Source: Psammoneis japonica (taxonomy: Eukaryota). Taken from it: a DNA stretch of 64,000 nucleotides. A program made the position numbers and the translations under genes. The stretch lies in the NCBI GenBank assembly GCA_008632985.1, contig QPGO01000004.1:372001-436000 (forward strand), given 5' to 3'. This document shows, piece after piece, positions 11,894 through 24,107 of the stretch (the first letter of the stretch is position 1; the number at the start of each line of letters is the position of its first letter). The notes beneath the pieces are model-generated. The model was not told where the DNA came from, made no database searches, and saw only the letters and a program-made list of their open reading frames with translations.

Positions 11894-12819
11894 GTACCTA
11901 TACGGTACTGTCTCTGGTTGGAACCTGTGTCGTGTTATCTGCATCGAACTCCTTGCATGCGACAATGTATAGTATCTCCGGAGAGCATTGTAGGAAGCTT
12001 CAAAATGGGGCAAGCATAAAGGAAGCTGTCTTCCACGGGCTTCTTGCTGTATCCAGTTTTGCTGCAGAGAAAACACTGGTAGCAGGTTCACTGATCTAGA
12101 AGCGATAGTCGCTTCAAGATGAAACCGAGATTGAGGACGACGTTAGACGTCTATCACCAAACGAGCCTTCCGCTTTTTTCCGAAGAGGAAATCAGGCGTC
12201 CATTGTGGCTGCAGTTCTCCAGGTAGCAACACGGACACAACAGAATCGTCGCATCTTTCTGGAGGTTGGAACTACATATACAGCGTGAAAATGCATCATA
12301 CTGTCCCAGAATGATGGAACTTCTTCGTAGGGATCGAGACGAAGTGCGTAAGAATATTAAGCGCGACCCCACTGACGTCTAATGCCTAAAGAACAGGAAA
12401 CTCGAGTTCCATCATCGTGAGCTTGGTGATGACCTCGCCGACAAGAAACTGAAGTAATTGAACGAGGAATACTTGAGGATGCCGGTGAGGGACGTTTAGT
12501 AGCAGAGGGGGGCAGTGCCAACGAGCGTTTCTAGTGCGGTAGTTGTGTAGAATGTATTTTTATAAAAAAAGTTACAGTGAATGCCGTCAGCGCCATTGGT
12601 TCCTCGCACATTGTGGTGAATTGATGTTTTTCCGAATGAAATCATACTGTACCTCTCTACAAAGACAAACTTCACCAGATCGCAAGTAGAGAGTTGCCTC
12701 TATTCTCTAGAGCTATGTGCCTTATGACACCATAGATATGAGAGAGACAGAGCAGTGTTGAAAGCAATGAGGATGGCTGAAAGTGCCTCGGTCGGGTTGG
12801 GTGCTCTCTGTCGGCAAGC

Positions 12820-14686
12820 TGTCCGAGGGAGATTTGAGTCGTGAGAACCAGTCGTGAAAAGGGACTGAATTGGTGCCGGATCGCGAATAAACAGAATCTC
12901 GAGACCAAAAGCGAAACTCTAGTAGACGAGAGGACCAAAATGCGAACACAAAACAACGAGAAACATTAGAAGTGGTCTCATAATTTAGGAAAACAGAAAA
13001 TTGAAAAGGCTGCAGGAGTCATCCAGCACACTTCGAAGCAGAGTCTTCCACATCCCTGTTTTGGCCCAGCACAGCGAGACACGGAGATCTCCAGATCTCC
13101 AGCGAGAAGTTGCTGTGCAACTTCCAGCATTCAACAAGGAGCACAGAAGCTTTCAGCTGTGGCAGATGCAATTCAGAGCATGTGCAAGTGTGTGGATTTG
13201 CTTCAGCCTTGAGCACCACCATGGAAGCAAACGTGGTGCCTGGCAAAGAGAGGCAGCGCGGTGCTGTCCAGGTCTGACTGATGGCCTTGTCATCATGCAA
13301 GCAGAAAGAAGAAGGCAGCAGCCAAGCAGTGGAACGTGGTTGTTGCAGCAAATCTTATGATGGCATTCATCACCAAAGGATTGATGGGGCCAGTGCACAA
13401 AGCCCAGACGAGTGGCAATTGGCCAAGTGGGCTCCTGGCCCGGCGCCAAAGAACCGTGGCTGACTTCGAAAGCAGAGCAGAGACAAGATCTGAGCAAAGT
13501 CTCTGTTGGGAGTGTAGACAAGCCAAACAAGTTGTTTGAGCAGTTGAGAAGAATTAAGAACAAGTGCAGCTCCACAAGCTTCAAAGCTGTGTTCCTCATG
13601 AAAGTGCCAAAAGAATGTGACTCGGCACTCGCAGTTGAGCAAAGGATCAAAAGAAGTTCCTTGGAGCTCAAGCATGTGCAAGAGGGTGTGACACAGTTGT
13701 GGAAAACCGTGATGGTGCCTCAGATCTTGGAGACAATGCAAAAGAAGTCAGTTTGGCAGGTGCAAAAATTGTCGAGTGCCGCGGCTGTCTCACAAGAATG
13801 GGCGACACAAGGCATTTCAGTGCTGTCCAGAAGAGCATCATCCTTGAGGTGACAATGGTGAAAAAACAATTTAAACTTTAGCAAAAGGTGCAACACATGT
13901 GGCAAATTTAGCCACAAGGTGGCTGGTTGCTGGGCTGATCCCAAGAATGATGACAAGGCACCTGAGTGGCATGAGAAATGACATCATGAGAGCAGCTGGG
14001 CAAGAATGCAGAAGCAACAGATGTCAAGATGCTGCCACTCAGAAGTGACAAAACAAACTGTCCAGAATCAATGAAGCTCATCAAGGATTCAAATGTGTCT
14101 GTGCTGATGCAGCGGCAACAGTGCACAGCAGCGGAGCTGGTTGTGGCAGAGGTGCAAATGTGACGAAGGCTCACATGGCAGAAGGATTGACAATGGGAAA
14201 TGGTGCAGAAAAAATGTGCAGTCTGCTGTTGACATGCAAAAGGTCATTTGCAACAAGGAAAGGCAGAAGTGGTTTCAAATGATGGAAAATGCAATTTGTT
14301 CAGAGTCGAAGCTGCTGGATGGAAAATGGGTGGTTGCTGCTGAGGTGCAATGTGGCTCAAGAAAGGAGAGCACAAAATTGCATTTGACATCAAGATTGAG
14401 GCTGAGGATGCACTGTCAAGTGGAGGGTTAGCATGCACAGAGAGATGGGCTTAGCTGGAGACCACAAAAACATGGCGAAAGCAAAAATGAAAGAGAAGCA
14501 GGCAGAGTCATTTGACGGCCATGACAAAACACAGAGATGCCTGGAATTCACAAGGGTGGGAGAGTGTCAGGGGAAGATTTGAGCAATGGAGTGACATTAG
14601 AAACAGCCTCATAATCTAGGAAAACAAAACATTGAAAAGCCACAGCATCATAGAGGCTACAGGAGCCATCGAACACACTCCCAACA
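12820..14686 (+). mobile_element. Degenerate, internally deleted Ty1/Copia element (gag, zinc knuckle, protease remnant) with diverged LTRs
   Basis: LTR-like direct repeats at ~12820-13040 and 14565-14686 share TGTC..G.GAGATTTGAG and CTCATAAT.TAGGAAAACA...ATTGAAAAG. A purine tract precedes 14565. Gag-like peptides: LPAFNKEHRSFQLW, ANLMMAF..GNWPSGL, KLFEQL, CNTCGKFSHKVAGCW. No clear TSD. Confidence 0.7.
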
Positions 14687-14981
14687 GCTCGGCAGGGGTC
14701 GGGTGATGACATGCAGTCGTCGTTGTTGTCGTCAGTCGAGTCCCGTTTGAGAACTGCGAGCTCTTCTGCGAGCTCTTCAAAACAAAGCTCGCGAAAAACC
14801 CAGAACGCACGACATCAGCCAGACATCAAAACATAAAAGCGAGTAAGTGTAAAAGTTACAAAGAACAAACTCCAAAACCTACAGTACGGATTGGTTGTTG
14901 TCGGTGGAGTTATTGTAAGCTGTGCACGAGTCACATGATAAGAGTCCTGATTGAGTCCATTCGAGAGTAGAAACAAACGTC

Positions 14982-17528
14982 ATGTCATTAGCGACGGAAC
15001 AGGCGAGCGAATTGCCAACTCGCACGATCGCACAAGTCGACAACGATTTCGAACAAATTGGTTGCTTGGGCCACGGAGGCTTTGGAAGCGTCTTTCTCGC
15101 CAAGAAGAAGTCGGGACGGCGAGTGGCTCTCAAATTTATCCACCTTGATGAAGATGATGAGGATCCTTATGACTGTTTTACGCGAGAACTTGAATCTGTC
15201 ACGAAGCTCCACGACGACGATGACAAGCAAGCACAAGATGTACGCTCCAACTCCATTGTTTATTTTGAAGATTGGTTTACTGGATCGTATTTAAATGGAT
15301 CACCTTTTGCATGCATAATCATGAGCTATGCGGACGGTGGAACGCTCTCCCAAGAAATTGCTTCAAAGTCTGAACCGTACACCGAAAGACGTATCGCTTG
15401 GTACGCGCTACAGCTCAGCGAAGCTCTGGCGTATGCTCACGAGCGAGGTGTTGCGCATCATGATGTGAAGTCCTCCAACGTGCTGATTGAATGGTCGGGA
15501 GGAGGAAGACTTCAATTATGTGACTTTGGAAGTGCAGTTGCTCCTGGAGAAGAAAGCGTCGGATTCAGTGAAATCTATGCGTCGCCAGAGCTCATTGCAG
15601 CGCATGCCCAAGACGACTATACATGCTTAGAGGCGGACAAGACGGATGCCTATGGCTTGGGGTGCATATTATTTGAGCTACTGTGCTGTCAAAAGCTTGT
15701 CGACTTGACTGGCGACCAAACGCTCGCGGAATTCATTCGCGATAATGGCAGTGAAGCAGCGCTGAATTTGCCGTGCGTTCGATTGCCTTGGCTTCCTCCG
15801 GAAGAGACCGCTGTCTCTAAAGAGACAGTAGGCTATTCGAACGCGCTCCAAAGTCTCGTTGTGACCCTTTTAGAACCTCAATCAAAAAGATGGCGACCGT
15901 GTGACTTGCAGAACCCGTTGCGACGCGATCCCCTCAGTCCTCTACTAGCTAAACGAGTCCTCGCGTCGCACGCACTTATACCTGGTGCCCCAGTAACGAT
16001 TGATAATGTCCAGCTCGGTGTATTTGTCCAACGTGGTCCAGATTGGGAAGAGGGAGATGTTGACGGAGGCGCGGGAAGTATAGGAGTGGTTGTCAAACTT
16101 GATCCAGATGCGTTGTACACAACGGTTGTGTGGCCATCGCGATCATTATCCACGCCTTTAGAGCCCGTGTGCTGTCGAATAGGAGCGAACCAAAAGTTCG
16201 AGCTACAAGCTGGGCCCACTCCACTCGCAAATTTTTACAATGGCGTGGGCGAATCGATGAGTACTGGTCTGGTTCTAACTAGAGACGTGTCAAAACATTC
16301 AGTCGGGCAGCAATTAAACAGCAACTGTCTCGTCGTAGGGGTAGAGCCCGATGATAACCTTATATTTGTCGCCCCGCAGGAGAAAATTGCTATTCCCGCG
16401 ATAGCCGCCAGCGCAGCGTCTCCTCCGGCGAATCCGTCTTGCTATCCGCGGAAGCCTCAGACTATTCCTAAGCACTGGGAGCCAGAAAAAGGGACACTAG
16501 TTGAGGTGACCGACGTTCAAGAGAAGAGTAACATTCTTGAAGTGTTCCATTCGATTGAGGGGGGGATGGGCATTCAGGCTTACGAAGTTACCTCGATAAA
16601 GCGAGTCCAATGCGATGAACTATGGAAAGCATATGCTCTTGCACGAGAAGATGTTGCAGCTGAGTTTTGGGGGATCAAAAATGAAAAGCAACTGTTCCAT
16701 GGTACCGGCAGTAGGTCGCCGGATTCATTGCTTCAAAACTGGAGTGAGTTTTACCGGAGCTGCAGCTCTAGTGGCGACGACTTTTCTTCTCAAAAAATTG
16801 TATTTTCAACAAGAGCTTCATGGGCTGACGAGAATCGTCATCAAGCTGCAGCTGGGGAATGGCAAGTCGTTCTGTCTCGAGTGACTCTTGGTCGAGTCCT
16901 TGACAAACGCTTTGATTCAACCGTTGAGACTGCACCAAGTCTGACGTATCACTCTGAGCACACGCTCTTGGCGAGACCGTTCAACCAAATCGAACTCTTT
17001 TCAATTCACAATGCAGCACAGGCATATCCAGATTACATTATCACATACAAGCCACTGTACCTTCAAGGACGTCGTATAGTCTCGGCAAGACGTCCATTCG
17101 GGGTCAACGGAGGACCCCCTGTGCCTTCTGGTCCAAGAAGCCAGTCCGCTTCAGCAAGGCGTGTTGAAGGTGTCCGTAATGCCGCATTGACTGGAAGGGC
17201 AGCAGGTGTTTGTCCGCAGCCACAAAACGTGGCAGCGAGTAGTCATGGTAGCTCAGCCCTTGCCTTATCTACACCAACCGAAGTACCAGACGAGACGTCA
17301 AAGATGACGAAACAAAGCAAGGAAAAGCTCTTGGCATCTCCCACAAAATTGTGCGTTGTCTGCTTAGGTAAACCAGTGTGCCGCATTCTGTTACCCTGCG
17401 GCCATCCTTGTCTCTGTGAAATCTGCTCCACTGCGCAGGGGCTTTCTAAGCTTCGCCACAAATGCCCCGAGTGTCGGAAAACGATCCGAGAGGCTGCAAC
17501 CATTTATGGAAGAGTTGTCAATGATTGA
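14982..17528 (+). CDS. Multidomain protein: Ser/Thr kinase + MIB/HERC2 + PARP-like catalytic domain + C3HC4 RING
   Basis: 848-aa intronless ORF. Kinase: GHGGFG, VALK, HHDVKSSN, DFG, YASPE. MIB/HERC2: VQRGPDWEEGDVDGGAGSIGVV. PARP-like: NEKQLFHGT...SRVTLG...QAYPDYIITY. RING: CVVC...PCGHPCLCEIC...CPECR. Confidence 0.85.
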   Translation: MSLATEQASELPTRTIAQVDNDFEQIGCLGHGGFGSVFLAKKKSGRRVALKFIHLDEDDEDPYDCFTRELESVTKLHDDDDKQAQDVRSNSIVYFEDWFTGSYLNGSPFACIIMSYADGGTLSQEIASKSEPYTERRIAWYALQLSEALAYAHERGVAHHDVKSSNVLIEWSGGGRLQLCDFGSAVAPGEESVGFSEIYASPELIAAHAQDDYTCLEADKTDAYGLGCILFELLCCQKLVDLTGDQTLAEFIRDNGSEAALNLPCVRLPWLPPEETAVSKETVGYSNALQSLVVTLLEPQSKRWRPCDLQNPLRRDPLSPLLAKRVLASHALIPGAPVTIDNVQLGVFVQRGPDWEEGDVDGGAGSIGVVVKLDPDALYTTVVWPSRSLSTPLEPVCCRIGANQKFELQAGPTPLANFYNGVGESMSTGLVLTRDVSKHSVGQQLNSNCLVVGVEPDDNLIFVAPQEKIAIPAIAASAASPPANPSCYPRKPQTIPKHWEPEKGTLVEVTDVQEKSNILEVFHSIEGGMGIQAYEVTSIKRVQCDELWKAYALAREDVAAEFWGIKNEKQLFHGTGSRSPDSLLQNWSEFYRSCSSSGDDFSSQKIVFSTRASWADENRHQAAAGEWQVVLSRVTLGRVLDKRFDSTVETAPSLTYHSEHTLLARPFNQIELFSIHNAAQAYPDYIITYKPLYLQGRRIVSARRPFGVNGGPPVPSGPRSQSASARRVEGVRNAALTGRAAGVCPQPQNVAASSHGSSALALSTPTEVPDETSKMTKQSKEKLLASPTKLCVVCLGKPVCRILLPCGHPCLCEICSTAQGLSKLRHKCPECRKTIREAATIYGRVVND

Positions 17529-18127
17529 ATGCTGCACCGTTAGTCAACAGCAGTAAACTAAGCTTTCAAAAGAATGCTCTCTAGCTAGAGAATAATGGGG
17601 AAGCTAGCTAAAGAGGCTGGTCTCTGGTCTCATCCGTCCTGCCTGCGGCTTCCTGCCTCTGCTTCATCCGCCCGCCCCAGGCCAGCCCGCCCAAACCGTG
17701 ATTGATTCGTCGGTCCTGCGTGCGAGAGCCGCACGTACTTACGGTAAAACAACCCCATCCGCATGAGTGCCCTCGCCTCTGTGATGATTTCTCTGATTTC
17801 TTTCTGCATGCAGCTGCTGGCAACCAAGGTCGTCAACTGGTGCTGTGGGTGTGTGCTTTTATTTTGCATGCAAGTGAATGAGACAAAGAGGTCATTTCTC
17901 TCCCCCCCCCCCTTTCATGTGTGACGATGAAGAAGTGAAAAGCTCTTGTTGTGCCGCGGTGCACAACACAAAAAAGGCACCCCTTTGAGGACAACAAGAG
18001 ATGTGCAGGTGATGTGCTCCCCCTGTTTTTTCCCAAGCATGACAAGGAAACCACACTGATGACACAGGACCACACCACCCAAGAAATGCCAACAATTGTG
18101 CACACTGGCACCCGCCACACTGGCAGC

Positions 18128-21100
18128 TGCAGCACGTGTTGTTGAGCAGAAGAAACTGCGCACATTCGCAATTGCACATTGTTGCATGTGTCAATCACAT
18201 CACAAATGTGGATGCACTTGAAGGACAGATCAATCACACAGACTTGATTGGATGTTAAAAATTGCAAATGTTGTGATCGATCGGCGATGTTGACACACAG
18301 AATGTCAATGTTGATCGCATCCAGACAACACCACGATCTGATTTCCCACAAGGCCTTTGGTCTGCAGGCACACCAGCACAAAAGCTTTGGGCCATTGAGA
18401 ACTTATTTGGAGAAACTCAAACTCACTGAGCAAAGTCTTGTCTTGTGTCTCCACTTTTTGCGGCACTTTCCACTTTCGTTTGCACTCGTTCTTTGAGTGC
18501 AGTGCATTGTGTGTGCACACCACAGAAGGCAAAAACACAAAAACGAAGCTTTCACCTTGTGTTGCTGCTGCCAAGTCTTCCATCAAGCAGGAGAAATTTG
18601 TTCCTGCACCATTGGAGTTAATTTCTGAGCTGAAGATGCTCAAACCAAGTCAGCATCTCAAGATGGGGCAATGCTTTCACCCTGAAGACAAGAAGAGTCA
18701 TGCCCACATGATCAATGTCAAGCAGTGCAACAAGCAGGGAGTTCCCAAGTGCATTGAATTTCTCAAGACACATCATCAAGTCTTGGCCAGACAGAATGTT
18801 CAGAAGCAAGCTGACAAGTTCCATCTCATGTGTGTGTTGTTGCAGGGAGATGCTCTTTGAATTTTGTTTGAGAACAAGGTGGCAAATGTGCAGAAGATGA
18901 AGAAGACAAGGGAGCCTTTGAAAAATTTCTGCATTGTCTCTCAAGCCTCATCTTCCCAAAAAAAGTGCTTCAGAATCAGAGATGCCGTCTGTGGCATGAC
19001 CTCAAGAAACCAGATTTGATGAAGATCCAAGAAATCGCCGCATGGGCTCAGGAGGTCAACGAGGACTTCAAGTTCTGTCCTCTCTTCAAATCCAACCAGA
19101 GTTTGGAAGAAGACAAGCTCAAAAATGTTGTCCACAACCTTGCACCTTGTAAATGGCAGTGCCAGTCAACCCCACAAGGTTTTGAGATTTTGGGCCACAC
19201 ATTTGATGAGCTGGTTGAGTTCTTGGAATGCCTCTGGAGGTTGCTAAAGACATGTTTGACCAGACCCATGTTGGCACTGATGCTGACAGCAAGCCCAGTT
19301 CCAAAGCCAAAGGTGGATCCCAACATGATTTCAAAAATGGTTGCCCATCTAGTGCCAAATGTTCTGAGTCCAACAAGTGGTGCAATTGTTGCAAAAAGAT
19401 GCTGGGTCATCAAATCATTAAAAGACCAGCAAAAGGAACAAGGTGAGAACATGGAACGGAACTCAAAATGGCAATGTCCAAATGGCAATTGCACCTGGTC
19501 ATGTCTTGCAACAATGAAAATGCCACTCACAAGGAAGAGCTGAATGCCATGATTTCTCAGGCAGTCAAAAAAACTCTCAAGGCAAGTTCCTTGAAGAACA
19601 ACAAAAAGCACAAAGACAAAAATTCCAACTCTGACACCCTCAGTGAAGAGAATTGCCAATTTGAAGAGATGCCACACAGTGAATCTCAAGAATGACCAGC
19701 TCCTGTCAAGGAGTCATGTGCATCACTGGACATTGGAAGCCTGGGAAAAAAGCCAAAGCAATTCATGCCAGTCCAGTGGTCTTTGCTTGTGTGAGTGCTT
19801 TCTCAGGGAAGGAGAAACCAAGCCTCTGCATGTTCTTCTCAACAGTGGAACATTGTCAACCACAATTTTGCACAAATTCATGTGAAAATTGAGAACCAAA
19901 GAATCCACCACCAAAACTTGGGAAACCAAGGGAGGGCTCTGTGCAACCAATGGCAAATGCAAAATGCAGTTCTTGTTGCCTGAACTGGGTGAACACAAAG
20001 TGACAGAAGACGGCACACATGGCTGGACAGCACTTCTTCTTCTTCATGTGGATGTGATCATGGGACGTGACTCAATGAGCAGTCTTGGGATCACACTCAA
20101 TTTTGCAAATGAAGAAATCAAATGGGAAAATGCAACAGTGCCAATGAAGGATGCAGACACATTCTTTGATGCCAAGGTCATCAAGCTGATTGCCGATCAC
20201 ATTAAAAAATTTCTTGCCATGAAAAGTCTCAATGACAGGGTCAACAGGGTCACACTGCCAACCTCAGTGACACACCTGCAGCAGTGCCTCATCTTGCCCC
20301 AGAGGAGCAGAAGCAACTGAACTTTCTCCAAAAAAGGTTTGAAAATCTTTTTGATGGTTCCTCATGCACATGGACTGGAAAGCCGGTCTCGATCTTACAT
20401 TGAAACTGGGCACAACCCTGCATCATGTGAAAACATTTTTGGCTCCGCAAGCCTTGGAGGCAACTGCTCAAAAAGAAGTTGAAAGGCTCTCCACAAACTG
20501 GGAGTCTTGAAAAAATCCAACCTTTGTTGAACCTGAGAAAAATGGCAGATTTCAGTTTTTGTCCAACTTTCGCAAGCTGAACAAGAGGTTGACATGCACT
20601 CCGCATCCTCTGACCAATGTTCAAGATGTGCCACAGAAGCTCAAAGGCTTCACACATGCAATGTCACTTAATTTGAATGTGAGATGTTGTCACATCAAAT
20701 TGACACCACGTGCATGTTGATTGTGCACAATTGTGATGCCATGGGGGAAATGTGAGTGCTGCAAACTCCCCGTGGGAATTTGTGGAGCCCCAGATGTTTT
20801 CCAAAAGCACACAAGTGAACTCATGGCAGGCTTGGAATTTGTCAGGACTTGTGTCAATGACATGCCATGCATGACAAAAGGTGACTTCAAAGGTCACCTT
20901 CAAAAGCTCAAAACAGCATTGCTGTGGTTCAAACAAGCTGGTTGAAAGGTCAGTGCATTGAGAAGCCCTTTTTTGCAAAACCCAAAGCAGGCTGTTTGGG
21001 GTTTCACATTCCATGACAAGGTGTCAAACCTGTCCCTAAGAAAGTGGAGGCAATTCAATTGAGATTGCCCCTCCTGAAACTCTCAAAGAATTGTGATGCT

Positions 21101-23307
21101 TCATTGGCATGATCAATTGCTGTGGAGACATGTGGCTCCGATGATCTTTTGCACTTGCTCCTCCAGCCAAACTCACCTCCACCAAGGTGAAGTGGCAATG
21201 GATGAGCATGGAACAAAATGCCTTTGAAAACATGCAGTGAATCACATCAAAAGACACATCATCATCACACCCAAATTTCAACAAATCCTTTGAGATGTGT
21301 GCAGACACAAGTGACTCTCAATTGGGTGTGGTCATGTCACAAGACAAATGACCCATTGCCTTCCACAGCTGAAAGCCAAATGGAGTGCAGACGCAACACA
21401 CCACAACAGAAAAAGAACTGCTGTCCACAATGGAAACTCTCAAGGAGCTCCAAAGCACACTGTTTGGCCAACAGATGAAAACATTCACGGATCATGTGAA
21501 CCTCTCTCACAAGAATTTTGCTGTGGACAGAGTCGTGCATTGGCATCTGGTGACAATTGAAGAATGCAGCCCTGAAATTGTTTGTCTTAAGAGCAAGGCT
21601 AATCTCATTGCAGATGCAATCAGCCAACTTGCTGTAAAAAAAAACAGAACCTGCAGAAAACCTCAGCATGGAAAAATTGGCTGTGAGAAAGTTGCACCTG
21701 AATCCTGCTGCAACAATGTCTTTCTGTCAACATGCAAAGTTCTTGATGCTGAACAAAAATGGGATGAAGACATTCTCTCCAAATCATTGGACATGACATG
21801 TCATGCAAAGACTTTTCATGGAGGCAAGCCAGATTGAATTTTCACATGATGTCATCAGAGGACAACATCGTCACACCAAAGACATTGCAAAAGACAGAGA
21901 CAGATTGTCATCACATGTGCCTTCTGCACCCTGGCACAAATCAAACAGAAGAGACAAACTCACAACACCCATGGTGGTTCTGCATGAAGAAATGCAACAA
22001 TGCATGTCAAAATGTGAGATGTGCCAGAAACTCAAAAAGAAAACAAAAGAAATGTGGGCATTTGCTTCCCAAGTGTGTGGAGTCAGCACCACGGGAAAGA
22101 CTGTGTGTGGATCTCATTGGACCATGCAAAATGTGTCATGAGGGCAAGAAAAAGCCCCCAGTCCTAAAATGTTTGATGATGATCAACCCAGCAACTGGAT
22201 GGTTTGAAGTTGTGGAAATTCTAAACAAGGAATTCACAGCTGTGGCTGGACTGTTGGAAAGAATGTGGTCAAGCAGATGCCCTTGGCCATCATCAATTGC
22301 CTGTGATTGTGAAAGTGAGCTCACCGGACACCAATTTAAAACTGTGGTTCAAGATGACTGTGGCATTGAGTGCAAGCCCACAACTGCATGGAATCCACAA
22401 GCCAGTGCCATTGCAGAGCATGCATGTCAAGTGCTGCTGGGCAACATGCTGTGCACATTTGACCCACAAAATGCCCCTCTGGACATGAAAGATTCACTTT
22501 TCTGGAATGCTGTCAGCAGCAGCCTTTGCAGTGCATTCAACAGATCACACTGCTGTGCAAGCTGCACCAGGACAATTGGTCTTCAACTGAGACATGGCAT
22601 TTGATGTCCAGCACATTGCTGACTGGAAGTTTGTTCAGAAACAAAAACAAGATGTCACAAACAGAAATGACACTTGAGAATGCTCGATGTGCTCCACACA
22701 CCTGCAAGGTGGGAGAAAAAATGTTGCTTGAGAAAGACTCTAAAAAGTTGGAGCAGCTCTGTGCTGGACCCTGTGCAACAACAATGGCGCACGCCAATGG
22801 CACAGTGCAGATCAAACATGGTGACATCATTGACACAGCCAACATTCATCAAATCATGCCACCCAACAAACAACTCCAATGTGCAATTGGGGAGGCAAAT
22901 GCAGTGTGCATTGTCAAGCAGAAGGAGTCACACATGTTTGTGATTGTGCATCATTGCATGTGTCAATTGCACCACAATTGTGGACGCATGCAAAGGACAG
23001 ATCAATCACACAGACTTGATTGGATGTTAAAAATTGCAAATGCTGTTGATCAATGATGTTGACACACAAGAAGTGTTGATCACATTTGGGCAATCTGTTG
23101 TCAGATCTAATTCTCTGCAAGCCCCCCAGTCTGTGGATGCAGCACAAAAGCTTTTGGCCATTGAGAACTTGTTCAGAGAAACTCAAAATGACAGAGCAAA
23201 ATTCAGTCTTGCAACTTCCACTTTTCGTGATTCACTCCACTTTTGTTTGCACTCATTCTTTGAGCATGGTGTGCAGCCTTCCTGCTGCTCTTCTTTTTGT
23301 TTCAACA
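18128..23307 (+). mobile_element. Ty3/Gypsy LTR retrotransposon, heavily mutated
   Basis: LTRs at ~18128-18500 and 22900-23307, with PPT GGGGAGGCAAA before 22900. Order is gag, protease (LLNSGT), RT (WGKCECCKLPVG, RTCVND), RNase H (TTEKELLS), integrase (LCVDLIGP, INPATGWFE). Many frameshifts. Confidence 0.9.
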
Positions 23308-24107
23308 TCAGAGTGCATGACATCGCAATGTCTGCACATGTGACAAAAACATGTTGCCATGTTATAAAATCTGCTTGTCTGCACACAACGGTTTTTGTCA
23401 TTTAGTCAATTGTTGATCTCCTGCCATTCTTCATGTTTGAACACAGATGTTTTTTTAATTTTTGTGCTCTGCCTTTTTCACAACAACTGACGATCTTCAA
23501 CGACAAGCCAAACATCATTGCAATTGCATGCAATGAAATTTTCATCATGTGAAGTGTGCACCAATCATTTGATCAACAACTGTGCTCCAATTTGCCCAGT
23601 CGTCCGCATCGTCGTCTTCATTCCATGTGTCTTGTTCGCTCTCTTGCAAGAATTTCAAATGTGCCGCTGCCGCGTTGGATGTTTCCTCATCACCGTTCCA
23701 AAAAAGCCACACTGCATTTCTTGCATTTGGGTGAACATCATCGAGAGGAAGAGGTCCCTTGAAGTGCTGAATTGCATCGCTGCTCCCCTCTTGACGTCGT
23801 GTTGTTGGCTTTTTTTTCTCTTTCTTCATTTTGCCCGTCCCATTTTTCTCTTCCTTCCTCGTCTTGGCGCCGCCTGTTTTCACCGTCTCCGGCGTCTTTC
23901 CATCCGAATCCTTCTTTTTCATCAATCCCGTTGCCATCGCCTTCATCTCTTGTTGTTGTTGTTGTTGTTTTTTCTGTTGTGTGTCACTTTGTTTTGGATC
24001 CATGTTTCTGACTTCTCTCTGTGCTGTCTCCATTTCCGAATGTTTCTTTGTGATTGTTCGCGTGCGTCACTTGAAGGCACCCACATGTTTTTCACGTGCC
24101 TTAACGT

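Noticed and set aside
11900..12650. Possible small gene downstream of USB1
   Set aside because: Only short ORFs are present, with no recognisable motif or consistent splice model.
17575..17760. Possible Helitron end (CTAG next to a GC-rich stretch)
   Set aside because: There is no convincing subterminal hairpin, matching 5' end or Rep/helicase remnant.
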